From Welwitschia mirabilis (lineage: Eukaryota), in contig JBOZIK010000001.1 in NCBI GenBank assembly GCA_051453625.1, positions 21,111,764 to 21,166,450 of the forward strand: DNA of 54,687 bases, given 5' to 3'. Position numbers and translations under genes: made by a program. The notes under the pieces were generated by a model that searched no databases, was not told the origin of the DNA, and saw nothing but the letters and a program-made list of their open reading frames with translations. This document shows, piece by piece, positions 23,701 through 36,829 of the stretch (position 1 is its first letter; every line of letters begins with the position of its first letter).

Positions 23701-26700
23701 AGAATTCTATGGTAAAACTATCATGATCTAGATATCAATTTTTTTGCATTAAGATGATTATATTTTTGATCTCATATTTCATGATTCTTTGGTTTAAATA
23801 ACATAGCTATTCTCCAAAAATTGAAGGAAGAAGTAGAATACTTTTTAAATCCACTAGTTTTTCTATAAAAAAAATTCTAAAAGTATTTGATAAGAATTAG
23901 CAATTTATCTATTGGTCTGATAGTGCATTATAGACATGATTCATTGTATGTGGTTTTTTTTATCTATGTCTATTAGTCATTTACAAAAAGAACTTCATAT
24001 TATAATCTTCTTATTTTATCCATAGAATTCTAGATCTCTATTTCCAAAATATTTCTTCTTTTAAGGATATGTCATAAATTTGCAAGATGAGGTACTTTTC
24101 ATACCCTATATCTAAGCTAATGGACTTATTAAGATTTTAGATAATAGTAAGCTCTTCCAGTAATTGATTTTTAACATTCTTAATAGATTTATTTAACTAT
24201 CTCTTTCAAATGATTAATTTAAAACAATCTATAAGTAAAAGTACCTTGCACTAGAGTATTTTAAGTAAGTTTAATGAAATCAATAAAGTTTGGATCTTTT
24301 AACAAGGGGTGTTCAAGTCTTAACAAAGATTTCTTCAAAGGGGAATCCATAATTAAGATGAAAGATATATGATAAAAAAAGATCTTGCTTTTTATTTAAG
24401 AAAATAATGATTATTCAAAATTTTAATCAAACATCTATTAATTCTAGACATAACAAGATTTGTTAGCTCTCTAAGGTTACTTCAAGCATAGGTTACATCA
24501 TGTAAAAAAAGATCTTTATAACTATGGTTATTGATATACTCTATACAAAGTTCAAAATAAAAAGTCTAGGAACATTAGCAATTTTCTCATGAGAACTAAA
24601 GATCTAATTAAACTATCTCATGATAATATCTAGGGAGTTTAACATAATGTGATGTAGGCATTGTAGTCTTTGGTTTACAATCTGAGTTCTATAGAAATTA
24701 GTNNNNNNNNNNNNNNNNNNNNNNNNNNNNNNNNNNNNNNNNNNNNNNNNNNNNNNNNNNNNNNNNNNNNNNNNNNNNNNNNNNNNNNNNNNNNNNNNNN
24801 NNTAGTCTTTGGTTTACAATCTGAGTTCTATAGAAATTAGTGATTCTTCTTCTTTTATCATTAAAAATCCAATCATATATGAAATGATTATTACTTTTAC
24901 TAATAGTAGTAATGCTATCATATTTCAAAGGATCATCAATTCTTCTTTTATGCTTATACTCAGAACTGAAATAAAGAACCAAGAAAACTTTTATATAGAA
25001 AAAATTAATTTTTATAAAATCCAACTTGATTTTTTGAAGAACACACATAGAAATTAGCATTCATTCAAAATTTTTTAAATATGTAATTTTTTTTGGATGT
25101 TTCAAAGGCCTCTAAAATTTGAATAAATAATCATTAAAAGAAGAGTTAAGATTGCTTATTATTTTGGATGCCCTCCTTTGACTCCTTTTTAATTTTACCT
25201 TTTTAAGTATTCATTATAATTCTTTTGTTCATTTATCAAAGTTTATGAGTCTTGGTTGTTTTGGACATGTTGAAAATGAACTCATCCATAGGATTACCAT
25301 TTTCTCTTTATTCTTAGCTTGTCTTCACTTTTGATAAATGCTTTGTTTTCAAGGAGCATTCTTTTCCATTGTAAATATACTTTACCTGTTGATTTTTTTT
25401 GTTTGTTTATTTTACATTCATTACCTATTTAATTTTTCTATATTTGTTATATTTCTTCCTTTAATAGAATATCATATTTATTTCTTGTATTATTGGATCA
25501 TTTCCTGTGGCTGAAGCTGGTTTTTTTTTGTGATTTTTTTTGACTTCTTACTAGCCATCTCTTTTACTTTCTTATTTTTCTTGCATTTCTCCATCATATG
25601 CCCACTTTCATGATACTTTAAACATTTAAATGGAATATTTTTGATATCTAGGTTGAAAACTAATTTTACATAGTATCTAGCAATATTTCATTTTCCCTTA
25701 AAGTTATCTAGTTTTATGTAGAAACATATTCTACCCATTTCCATTTTTTTAAATTAAATTATATTTTTGTCAAGCTTAATGAACTTTTCAAACATATCAC
25801 TTAGTTACTTGAAAAAATATGAATGCCATATTTTCAAATGTGGGTTTGAAATAAGAATCCACCCTATAATCTTTTAAAAAATGGTGGGTTTATCAAGAAT
25901 GAAAGGAAATCATTTGGTTAGGGCTAAACTCCAATGGCTAAAAAACAGGATCTTCCTACTAAAACCTTATTCATATCTTCTCTAGAATAAAAAATAAAGT
26001 ATAATAATCCATCTCTAAGAAGGGCTACCTTGCAACTTGCGATAAATTTCTAATTACACCATAGACACTTTTTTTTAATGAATGAAATCCTCTTGAAGAT
26101 TTGAAATTTCTAATGATGCTATTTTTGAAATAGACTTTTAAGTATCTAGAGTAGTTGATTAACATCTTTACATGGATGATATCTCCTTTGTGCTTAAAGC
26201 CAAAGTCCAAGTTGCAAAAGATTTGAAGCTTACTTTCCCTCACTGAGTTTGCATAACCTTTGGTACCTAATGATTCTATTGCCATTAGAAGCAGAGTCTC
26301 ATTTCCACTATCTTAAACAGCTCAAATTTACTTGATCCCATTTTTTTAGGTCTTTGGAATTCATAAATTACTAATTAAAAAACACTTTCCTTAGTGGTAT
26401 AAAACTTGTGTGAGTTTTAAAAATTATTGCTATATCCTTTGAAGTTTTCACAATAGTTAACACTACCAAGGGGCTTTGCAAAAAGTGCATGAAAGATGTG
26501 CTACACCACTTTGATGATCAAAAATAGAAAACTCTAAAGCTAAAAACCACCTCCATAAATCCTTCAAGATAGCATTTGCATGAGGAAGCCATGAAATAAG
26601 CACTTTAACATGTGGAAGATGTACTATATCCGAGAACTAACCCTTTGTCTATTGTTAAGCATTCCAAAAGTAAAACTTAGCTATGTCTCTTTACTCTATT

Positions 26701-26762
26701 CCACTTGCACCACTCTCATAAAAACTCTAGTTGCTTTGCACTCTTGAAAATGTCTTTCCTTA
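20756..26762 (-). mobile_element. Degenerate near full-length L1-clade LINE (ORF1 DUF4283/zinc knuckle; ORF2 endonuclease-RT with probable RNase H)
   Basis: Reverse-strand motifs: IGWILISNPHLKIW (~25830-25870), KNIPFKCLKYHESGHMMEKC (~25580-25640), LDHDSFTIEFY (~23700-23730; cf. PGPDGFTGEFY), FPHAYLRLPL (~22910-22940), PKKGGGL (~22620-22640). Short poly(A) as a T-run at 20756-20761. Candidate TSD GGATTTCCA (20747-20755) / GGATTTCTA (26763-26771). Confidence 0.82.
23270..23340. repeat. ~36-bp tandem duplication in the LINE RT region
   Basis: TAATCCACTATTT.CCATTAAACT.TGTTGAAT occurs twice. Confidence 0.9.
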
Positions 26763-27361
26763 GGATTTCTATATTTTAATTTGACTAATAAATTTATTAT
26801 AGATAATTTACCATAAATCCTTTTTCGTCTTATTAAACAATATAGGTAAGTCTAAATAAATGATTAGAAGATGATTAATTTAAGAATCAAGGATTTGCAT
26901 ATACTCCACCAAAAGAGAATTTACCACATAAAAATTATAAATTATACCCTTGTACATATTTAGATATATCATAATAGAATTCAAATATTTCATTAAATCA
27001 TGATTAAGGCAAATAACATAATCCCATTTACTACTTGAAAAAAGGAAAGTGTCATTAATGAACTGCATGTAAGTAAAAAAGTAGTATCTATTTCTTACTA
27101 GATACTTATAACTTGGTCTTGTTGACTAATAAATCTAAGGTATATAGCTAAATCCTTCGTAGCAGTGATTTAAAAAAAAAAAAAAAAGGAGGAAAATCAA
27201 ATGTCTTTAGTAAAAACGATTCATAAACATAAAATCACATGCCTTTATATCATTAAAAATAATAGAGAAATATAAGCCTTTATAATAATTTTGGAGCTTT
27301 TAAATTCAATTTTTAAATAATCCATCATTTTTAATATTGTATTTAAATATGGTTAATGCAT

Positions 27362-28376
27362 TGTATCGTACACCTTACTTATTATTGTGCCCTATGTTTT
27401 GCTTACTAGTTTATAAGTTAGATCTTAAAACATTTCTAAGTAATGGAAAGATAACACACAGTGTACAAAGTGAGTTAATCTAGGTGTATAAACTTAAAGA
27501 AAAAATTAACTTATAGAAAACCTAATTCTTTAAAAAAGAGATAAAAGAGGAGAAAAGAATTTATGTTTTTAGTATCTAAGAAATGAAAATAAACAATGCA
27601 AATACTAAAATCCAATGGGATGAAAATGCAAATCCTAAATTCAAGTTCTAATCAATTTACCCAATCTATTGTCACCTAGATTGGTCCTTATAATTTATAT
27701 CAACTACAAATTAATGCTAATTTTATTAAACCAACATAAACTATACTAAAGATAAAAGAGAGAGTTTGAGAAAAATAAAGCAAACTTTATTAAACTTTAA
27801 TAAAATTTACTTCATTTAATGCTCTTACAAACATTTGTTTCTCAATAGAAGAAACATAATCCATAATCAAGAAGATATCTTTTATAAGTAGATTAACCCT
27901 CTTAACTAAGGTGATCTTGTCACAAGATTCTTTGATGCTAAAGAATGGGATGAGGAAATGGAATTCCTAAAGGAGTTTTTAGGTTTGGATAGGTGAGAGG
28001 TGAGCTATGGGTGAGTGGTTGATAAGTAGTTATAATATAAATTTAGTAATATATGTAATGTTTATTCATGATAGGTGAATGATTATAATTACTAACCAAC
28101 AAGGAATTGTTACATTTAATTAATAGATAAAATTAAATATTCATTGGCCACTACCACTTGTGATTCTTGGAATTTAGTAAGAGGGGTAATCTGATTGATT
28201 TATGTACTATTCCTTTTCAAATATTTCATAATTACTTAATTTTTATTTAAATTAGGCTTAATTGTCTGTCTTTAATCCTTAACAATAAGAGTTATCAATG
28301 AGCATTAAAATTGTAAAAAAATCCTATATACACACTCCAAATCATGTGTTAAATGCGATAAGTTGGTTTCTTATCA
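27362..28376 (-). repeat. 3' LTR of Athila-derived element C
   Basis: Bounded by TG...CA. Its 28250-28376 end recurs at ~43945-44074. PPT-like sequence adjoins at ~28377-28390 on the minus strand. Confidence 0.6.
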
Positions 28377-31300
28377 TAGGCTTCACTAAGTATTTATGAG
28401 CCTCTAAAAAAGTAAGTAAAAAAGAATAGAGTAAGCCAATTTGGAATGGGAATGAAAAATAACAATTAGAAGATAACTGAATTATTAGACATAAAGTGCA
28501 TTTCATCTATCCCCAATCAAAAAGATATTTAATTTATTTATCATATAAAGATATGCATTAAACTCAAAATTTTGGCTTAAGTGTATATAATCCATATGAG
28601 AAAACAAAAATTACTCTTCTACTAAGCATTGTACATGAATTAGAAGCATATCAAAGTATGAGTAAGTCATCTTGACATATCCCATTAATGTTTGAAAGAC
28701 ATATCAAAGATAAATGGTTGACTATAATAAAGTGCAAACAAGGTAACATAAATAGAAATGTAAAATAAAATAAGGTAATGAATAATTAAAGACATTATGA
28801 AAATACTAAGTAAAGATGAAAAAAATAAATATAAAGTTTCTTTTATTAAAAAAAGTGATCATCCTATAAATGATAAAAAGTATGTAAACAACTTTGAAAT
28901 TATCTAACTTAAGAAATAGAAACAAACACATTACATTAGAACATATTCTATTTGAAGTTGATTACTTAACAATGGTCTATCATTCATAATTAAACATATA
29001 TGATTCCAAATTAGTAAAACATCATGGTTTTATTTGAGTATCATCAATGAAAATAATAATGTACTAATTAAAATTAACATATCATAACTATAGTTTCAGG
29101 CATCAATTTAGAAAAATGAATAGAAATTAATAATACTTGATAATGTGATAATAACAATACACTTTAAGTGTACCTTATTTTACTTTGGATTCCTCCAATT
29201 ATAAGTGCTCATTTCTATACCACTAACTTGTATTTTATCATGAGTGATAGGACCTATCAATCAGGACATAAGCTGTTAAGCAACTTTACCCCTTGTGTGG
29301 TAATTTCCAAGATAGATTAAGAGTGATTATAAAAACTTCTTTCATAATATAAATTAATATTTCATTTTTCTTTTAAGAATTCTTTTTATCTTCCTTTTTT
29401 ACCTTTTTCCTCATAAATATCAAAAGTAGCTTATGCATTATCAAAGGGCTAATAACTTGCAACCTGAATAAAAATTAAGTTGAAGAAGAAACAAAGCATA
29501 CAATATAAATAAATTAATTAAGCACATTTTGTTCTCCTAAAATCAAAGCTTATAGGAATTTAAATAACTTTTAATTAGTTAAAATCTAATTGATCATTCA
29601 TAAATTGCATAATATTAAAATGCTTTAACATACTACATGATGAAAAGCTAAAGTACAATCAAGTTAATGGATGTGGGAAAAAATACTATTTGAATAATTA
29701 CATTCACATAAGGGTAAGTGATGGATATCCACTTAAGAAAAGAGACTCCACTAAATTTATTTCTTCAAGTAAAATGTAATTCATTCAATTTTCATCTATC
29801 TTTATTTCAAAAAGATAGACATTTCAACATAGTTATTATATTGCACTTTTTTAGAAAAATAAGGATCAAATCATATGAAAAAAACTAATAAAACATAAAG
29901 GGTATTTATGGATGCTTTATAGGAATTACTTGGTAATAAAAAGCATGTAAAAATAACACTTTAAATTCATAAAATTAATTAGTAACATAAGAGATAAATA
30001 GTTCATATATTTCATGGAAAAACAATCTCTTTAGGCTCATGATACAAAGAATTTAAAACATAAATTTTATTTAAAGGTTGATATTAAAAATGGAAGACGT
30101 GTGGTATTATTATGGATCTAAGAATTTTAAAGAATATTTTTAGGATGACTAATTAGGATAGGTTTAACATACATAAGAAGATTCTTAAGATTTCAATCTA
30201 GGAATGGATTATCATTGAGAGGTTAAGGTTTACCCTAATTTAGAATTTCGAGATATTCCAACCATACTTTTGAAAAGAGTAATCATTAAAGGCATAACGT
30301 AAAGTGGATATGGTAGGAGAGGGAAGGATGATACTTTGAGTATTAAATGGAAATTTAAGAGGAAGAGATTGAGAAACACTAGGAATTATGGATTTCATTA
30401 GAAATAATAAAAATAATGTAGGTTTAAGATTCATGTGAATGTTCAAATGGAAGAAATGGAGGACTATTACTATTATCAATATCACAAGGTATGTGGGAGT
30501 GGAAGTAGAAGGAAAGATGCTATTTTGAGTTTTATATAGAAGCAAAATTGAAAATGATGAATAAAAATTAGTAGATTCTTTACGTTGGATTGTTTCATTA
30601 GAAGGAACAAATCTATCCTTCATAAAGTTTGGTTGAATCTCCATGGATTCTTCATTATTCTTTAATTTATTATTTTTGTCTTTATCATTATTTTGTTAAG
30701 TGTCATCTTCACTTTATTTATCATTATCTTCAAATATATCTTCCTCTTATTTATTAGACTCATCATTGTTTTGCTGTAAATTGTTATCATTGTTTAAGTT
30801 ATTAGCTTTCTTAATAAGCTCACAGAGAAAAATATATCCATCATGTTCATCATGTATTAGAAGATTTTATGATTTTCCTTAAGTTAATACTTCTTTCCAA
30901 TCACATTCTAAAAAAACATGAAGATTGGGAATATGATTTAGTATTCCTATACCATCCTCATATTTCTTGTCTATTTGTTAAGTTGAGTTTTCACTATTCT
31001 ATTTTTCTTCTCCTCTAAAGTGTGGAAAATCTCATGTATTATTTCTATCTCATCATCTTCCAAGTGAGAATTGTTGCTACTAAAAATTTTAATATTTTCT
31101 TCTTCACTCTTAAGGTAAGATGTAGTTGACATAGTAGGATAGGCTTGTAAATGTTGCTTTCTCCCATAATTTGTATGTTAACTTCCACTAATATCTCCAC
31201 ATTATTATTGAGATTTTCACTTTGTTGTACACATTGGTAAAGATATTATTATAGGCAATATACATCTTCTTCATAGCTCTCTAAGGAAGGTGATTAGAAT

Positions 31301-31561
31301 TTGCCAAAATAGTTGTAAAATATTTTCTAAAAAAGAAATAAGCACTAGACTATTAAGAATCATTATCATTATTAAAACAAGGTTGAGAAGAACTAGGGAT
31401 AACATAAGGTGATTAAAAAGAATAATAAATTCAATTTTTAGTTTTAACATCTTTTAAAGACAAGTTCATTTTTATTTTAGCTAGAATTTCATGAAGAGGT
31501 ACATTTTTCATTCTTTGAGTAAAAATTTTCCATAAAGACTTCTTACCATCTATGGACTTAC
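28377..31561 (-). mobile_element. pol-less internal region of element C with a decayed ORF
   Basis: Non-coding 3' tract plus low-complexity ORF remnant (track ORF 30240-30644). Shares AATCCATGGAGAT and its flanks with ~10518 in family A. Confidence 0.5.
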
Positions 31562-32813
31562 TATTGTAGTGTGTATTTATGCAATTTTACATCCTTAGTC
31601 AAATCCTATCAATCACAAATATACGCATAAATATAACACACTAATATAAATGGGAGTAAGCCTGAATATCATAATTCCATTAAAGGCATAGGTGAGAAGA
31701 AAGAGAATTGATTTCAAAAGAAATATTGATGTACTTCCTAAGTAGAACAAAATAACAATGTAAAGTAAACAATGCAACTAAACACACTATGTAATGAGAT
31801 GTAAAATTAATTTAATTACAAAATCTATTCAATTATCAAATCAACCCATTATAGAGATTAATCCTATATAATCTAGATCAATCAAAAAAAGCCATCATTA
31901 GACCAAGACCTTTAGCTATTAGGTGCATCAAATAGAATATGAAAACATTATAAAGTTAATCTAGACAATGAAATGCAATGCGCCTAAACTATAAATATCA
32001 ACCTTAGCAAAGGTTGTCCTCATTATCTATATNNNNNNNNNNNNNNNNNNNNNNTCATAAGCAATAAAAATCATAAGAAATATGCATATAACAAAAGATA
32101 GAAAAATAAAAATAGAGTTTTGATTATATTCGAACTAACACCCCATGTTACAAAGTAGCAACACCTTAATGAAGGATACACAACCTAACATCAAGAAAGA
32201 TATCTCTTTATAACTATAAGGATTAAATTTCTATCCTTTGATCTCCTATCACAAGAATTTCTAGTGCTAAAGAAGATAAAGTTAGAGTCGAGGGTAAAGA
32301 AGGTATTTATTATAAAAAAAACTCTTAAAAAAACATTAATAGATGTAGTAAAACCCTAATGGCTATACTAGAAGACACATGATACATGATGAAATTTTAG
32401 TGAAGTTTGATGAACAGGTATTTTTAAGTGACATCCTACTGGTCATCCAAATATCATGGAAGACGGCGCCATATCATATAGGATCCACATTAACTATCAG
32501 ATTGGTCCATTAGGCATCCTAGTTAGCATAAGTTCTTCTGTCATCTGTACTATTGCCTAAATGATTAGATGGATAATGGATTTTATAAATATATTTCTTG
32601 TATTAGATTAGTCTCTTTGATTACAAGATTTTTATTTTAAATAGGAAGTATTACAATTTTATTTAAATGCTATTAAATGTGATGAATATTGCATGTTTTT
32701 GTAATATTTGCCTTATATCTACATTATCATCAAAACGTAGTATAAACATATCTTGTGTCCTGGAAAAATACTCAAAATACCTTATCAAATACATATAATT
32801 TCATAGTTCAACA
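31562..32813 (-). repeat. 3' LTR of element B
   Basis: Repeat of 42812-43945 and 53699-54687. PPT-like AGGCTAGGTGGATGC on the minus strand at ~32816-32830. Confidence 0.88.
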
Positions 32814-33229
32814 TAGCATCCACCTAGCCTTGTAAGTCTCTTACAAAACTAGGTAAACAACCATGATTGTGAGTCAAATTAACTAATGATAAATCAACTA
32901 GGGAACTATAAAATAAACTTAAATATAATCTTAAAAATCTGAGAATGTAGAATAAAAATGTCAAAAACAAACAACTAAATATTTCACTTATGCAGAATAA
33001 GTAGGCATACTATCGTCCTACTAGTAATCTAAATGATGGAGGGAAGCTAGGCTTAAGAACTATTCTTGAAAAACATAAGCCTATAAAATTTTTTTAGAAA
33101 GATAAAAATTAAAACTAAATAGAACTAACAACACTCCATTCAAATGTATAGCATATCATGATAAATAATCATGTGTAACATAAAAAATCATTAGCATAAA
33201 ATGTCAAAATATGTAACTGATCTATAATA

Positions 33230-34560
33230 CTAAAAAAATGATGTGTCTGCAATAACATGGGTTTTTACTACATTCCACGGATGGAAGATACATAATACAA
33301 TATAATAAATCACTCCCTTTATTGTGTCAAAATAAATTCCTGATGTGCAGTAGGCTTAGGTGCAAGTGAATAAAATGAAGGATGCTCAGGATCTTTAGGG
33401 AAACAATAGTCAATGGCTACAATGATAGATCATGTGGTCTCATCTCCCTATACTCTAATTGCCTATGGAATGTTGATAGTAATCCTATGCTCAATGTGTA
33501 ATACATGATCACATACATTAGTCAAATACTCCTTTGCATGTTGAACTCTCTTCTTAATACTGGATATCCTTTGTTATAGCTCAGTGAAGCCTTGATCCAT
33601 AGCCTTTCTAAGGCCTTGTGTAGTGTCTACTAGAAGTGCCTATATTTATTCAATGATTACATTAATTATAGATCTCTGTACCTAAGGCCTTTCTACCTCT
33701 CATGGAATCTAGATGCCCATGTTCTAAGGTAACAAGCTAAAGTCTATAGATTTGTGAGTTTCTACTCATTCACAGGCTCATCTATACCTAAGTATGTAAA
33801 TATAACTAAGAGGAGGCATGGATATTTCAGAGTTTAAATGTGATAATCCTCAATAATGGTCTTAAGTCTCATTTAAACAAGTATTAGTAAGTCCATTTTC
33901 TTCTCTTGTCTAAATACTACCAACATCTACAAATGCACCACCATGGCATATTATCATGAAAGGAAGGGCTAATATTATAAATAACCCTATGTGAAGAATC
34001 CAATAGGTAGGTGATAGATGTATAATTGAAACTCCCTACCTTTCACTAGTAACATCCACTAGAATATCTAAAACTACATCACAAGCATAATACTCCTCTA
34101 TACCACTTAAAAATAAATGTGTGTGCTTTCAATGCTACCTAACTTAATAACTGCAATGATGTGGCTTAGGAGAATAGATATCTCATACCCATGAATCATA
34201 GCAATAATAGTGTCAACGAAGCAATCATGAGTATTAAATCACCTCTCAATATGCATGGTATCATAGAACCCTCTAGTCTTTAAGGTGTTATAAACTTCAT
34301 GTGCATTTACTATCCATCTAAGCTATAAAATTACCAATCTCTGGTCCACCTTCTACTTAATCCTACTCATAAAGTCTCCAAAATATCTTTATATTTAAAT
34401 ATAAGCTGACAAAATAGAGAGTGATCAAGCCCATTGAGGTGGTAGATGCATAGGTTCTATAAGCTTGATCATAGGGAGGACTAGTAAGCCTGCCTCCTAC
34501 TCTGATGCCTCAGCCTTTGCCTTAGCCTCAGCCTATTTAACTCATTATGTACATAGACTA
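33230..34560 (-). pseudogene. Athila env-like (extra) ORF remnant
   Basis: Locally higher GC with coding-like composition between INT and the PPT. TRGFYD at ~34259-34278 resembles the VREFY motif. Boundaries approximate. Confidence 0.55.
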
Positions 34561-36829
34561 ATTAATTCAAAATACAAAGCACACATAAGATCAAGTGGAA
34601 ATTACCAAAATGTACCTTGTGTAAATCCCAAAATAACCTAAGAATTGGTTTTTATGTAAAAATTACAAAAATATGTCTTACTTCCTCAAGAGAATCAATA
34701 CATCCCATATTGCCTAAATGTGTGAAAAAAAAGCATGAAATGTGAGAAAAATTGAAAAGTGTAGAACAGGTGGACCCTAGAAGAGATAATAATGAAAGTG
34801 CTTAAATAAAAAAATCTATTCTAGTAAAAGTGTAGAGCTCATTGCACTGATCAATTTACCTATAGGGACCACTATGTTTCATCTTACTATTTTTAAGAAC
34901 ATAATTTTTAAAGATAAAAACCTAATTCTACCTCATAAAATGTACAAAATGAGATATCTCATAAAATACTTAATGAAAATCAAATCCATAAGTACCAAAT
35001 AGAAAAACACAAAAAATTGATTGATATACGTGAAAACTATGTATTGAAAGGCTAAAAAATGGTAGAAAAAATTAAAAACAATGAGGGAGCAAAGAAATAC
35101 CTAATTTCTAACAAAAATGTTAAAATATCAAAAATCTAGGACATGAAATTAGCTAGTGCAAGTTCTAAAATGTCAATAGGCCCTAGCATAACATTGGCTT
35201 GCAAAAGAATAGAGAAAAATAACTTAAGAATTAAAAAAAAAAATGAAGGGAAAAAAGTTTAGTCATAGTTTTATCATAATTTCATCTAGTAGTGTCATCC
35301 ACATGACAAATTAGGATGATTATTAGAAAAATATCATGTGTTATCCACTTTGTCATCTAGATGACTAGGTAAATGATGCATCTTTCAAAAGTCTTAGAAA
35401 AATGAAAATGTCAATCAAATAAGTTAGGATTAAATAATAGTATGAAGGTATCAGAATTTATCAAAAAAATCTAAAAGATAGGAAATGATGAAGTACCATG
35501 ATGAATAAGGATAAAAAATGAGAAAAACTCAAAAGAATCAAAAGATAAGGCAATGACAATACAGTAAGTAGGATGAAGCATGATAAATAAAACTAACCAA
35601 ATGTGCCTTAATTGAAAAATAATTATGAAAATATGTAGAACTTTAACATATTCAAAAGAACAACATGAAAATTATAAATAACATCATCTAAGCATAAAAG
35701 AATATCATCTAGTCAAAATGCTAAAAGAAAGTTAACTTTAATTAATTAAAAAGGAGTAAAAATAAAAATAATAATAAGAAAATTACTAAATAATAAGGTC
35801 ATAAAACTAATGATGAAAAAGTACAAAAATACCTTTGAAATAACAATCCAAAAAATCAAAGACAAATAGAATGAAAATGGACAACTAGGAACATAAAGAA
35901 GATAGTATACCTACTCTAAATCCTAACCTAGCAAACCCCTTAGAATACATTATAAAGTTACCTGAGTAAAGATGCATAAAAAAATGCACTAACTCCATAA
36001 AGTTTCATTCAATAAGGTAGTGATTTTGATGACACCAAAGATCAAGTGTTCTAAACAATAAATGATAAGACTGAATGCTACTAAATCATAAACTAACCTA
36101 TTCACACCTCAAAACACACTTAAATTCTCAAAAGAAAAATGATCACGGGGGAATACTAAGAGTCTAGAAAATAAGCAATGCCTTTGATGAAACTAGGAAC
36201 ATCACTAATCTCATAGCCTCAAAGTTTTATTACTACTTTCTATAATGAAAGGAGTAAAACAATAGTGAGATAAGTAAAGATCCATGAAGAATGACCAACT
36301 AATTTCCTAGTGGAGTTTCCATAGTTACCACATTACCAAAGGTTTCTTTTAGAAACATTTACCTCGATGTGATAGCACACCATGATGATCATGTATATTA
36401 GCATAGATATAATATATTATGATTACTATTTTTTTCCTCTTTTTTTTAATTTGAATAATTCCCACATGATCACACACTCAATAATATGAAGATGAATAAG
36501 TGAGATAAAAGATATAAAAAACACATCTAAACAACCAAAAATCTCACACCATTAAAAAAAGTACAAAAACTAAGGCATCTTTCATAAAACTAAAGTTCAT
36601 AAACATGTGAATGTCTTAAGATTGGTTGAATCTAATCTTATCATCATAAAATGCTTAAGTATGAATACTCGTCATGGAAACTTCATTAAAAAAATGCATA
36701 TGTTAAGTTAAAGATGATCAAGTAATATCATAACATCAATGAAGAAATCGGCTAAGAGAGAATTCAGATAATGATAGGAAGAAAGTCCTTCTCATTAAGA
36801 AAAACCTCCAAGATAATTATTGTTATCAT

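Noticed and set aside
24663..24842. ~40-bp direct repeat around a 100-N gap
   Set aside because: Contig-overlap artefact. The LINE continues across it.
30240..30644. 134-aa ORF as a host gene
   Set aside because: Low complexity, embedded in TE internal sequence and surrounded by stops. Treated as a TE ORF remnant.
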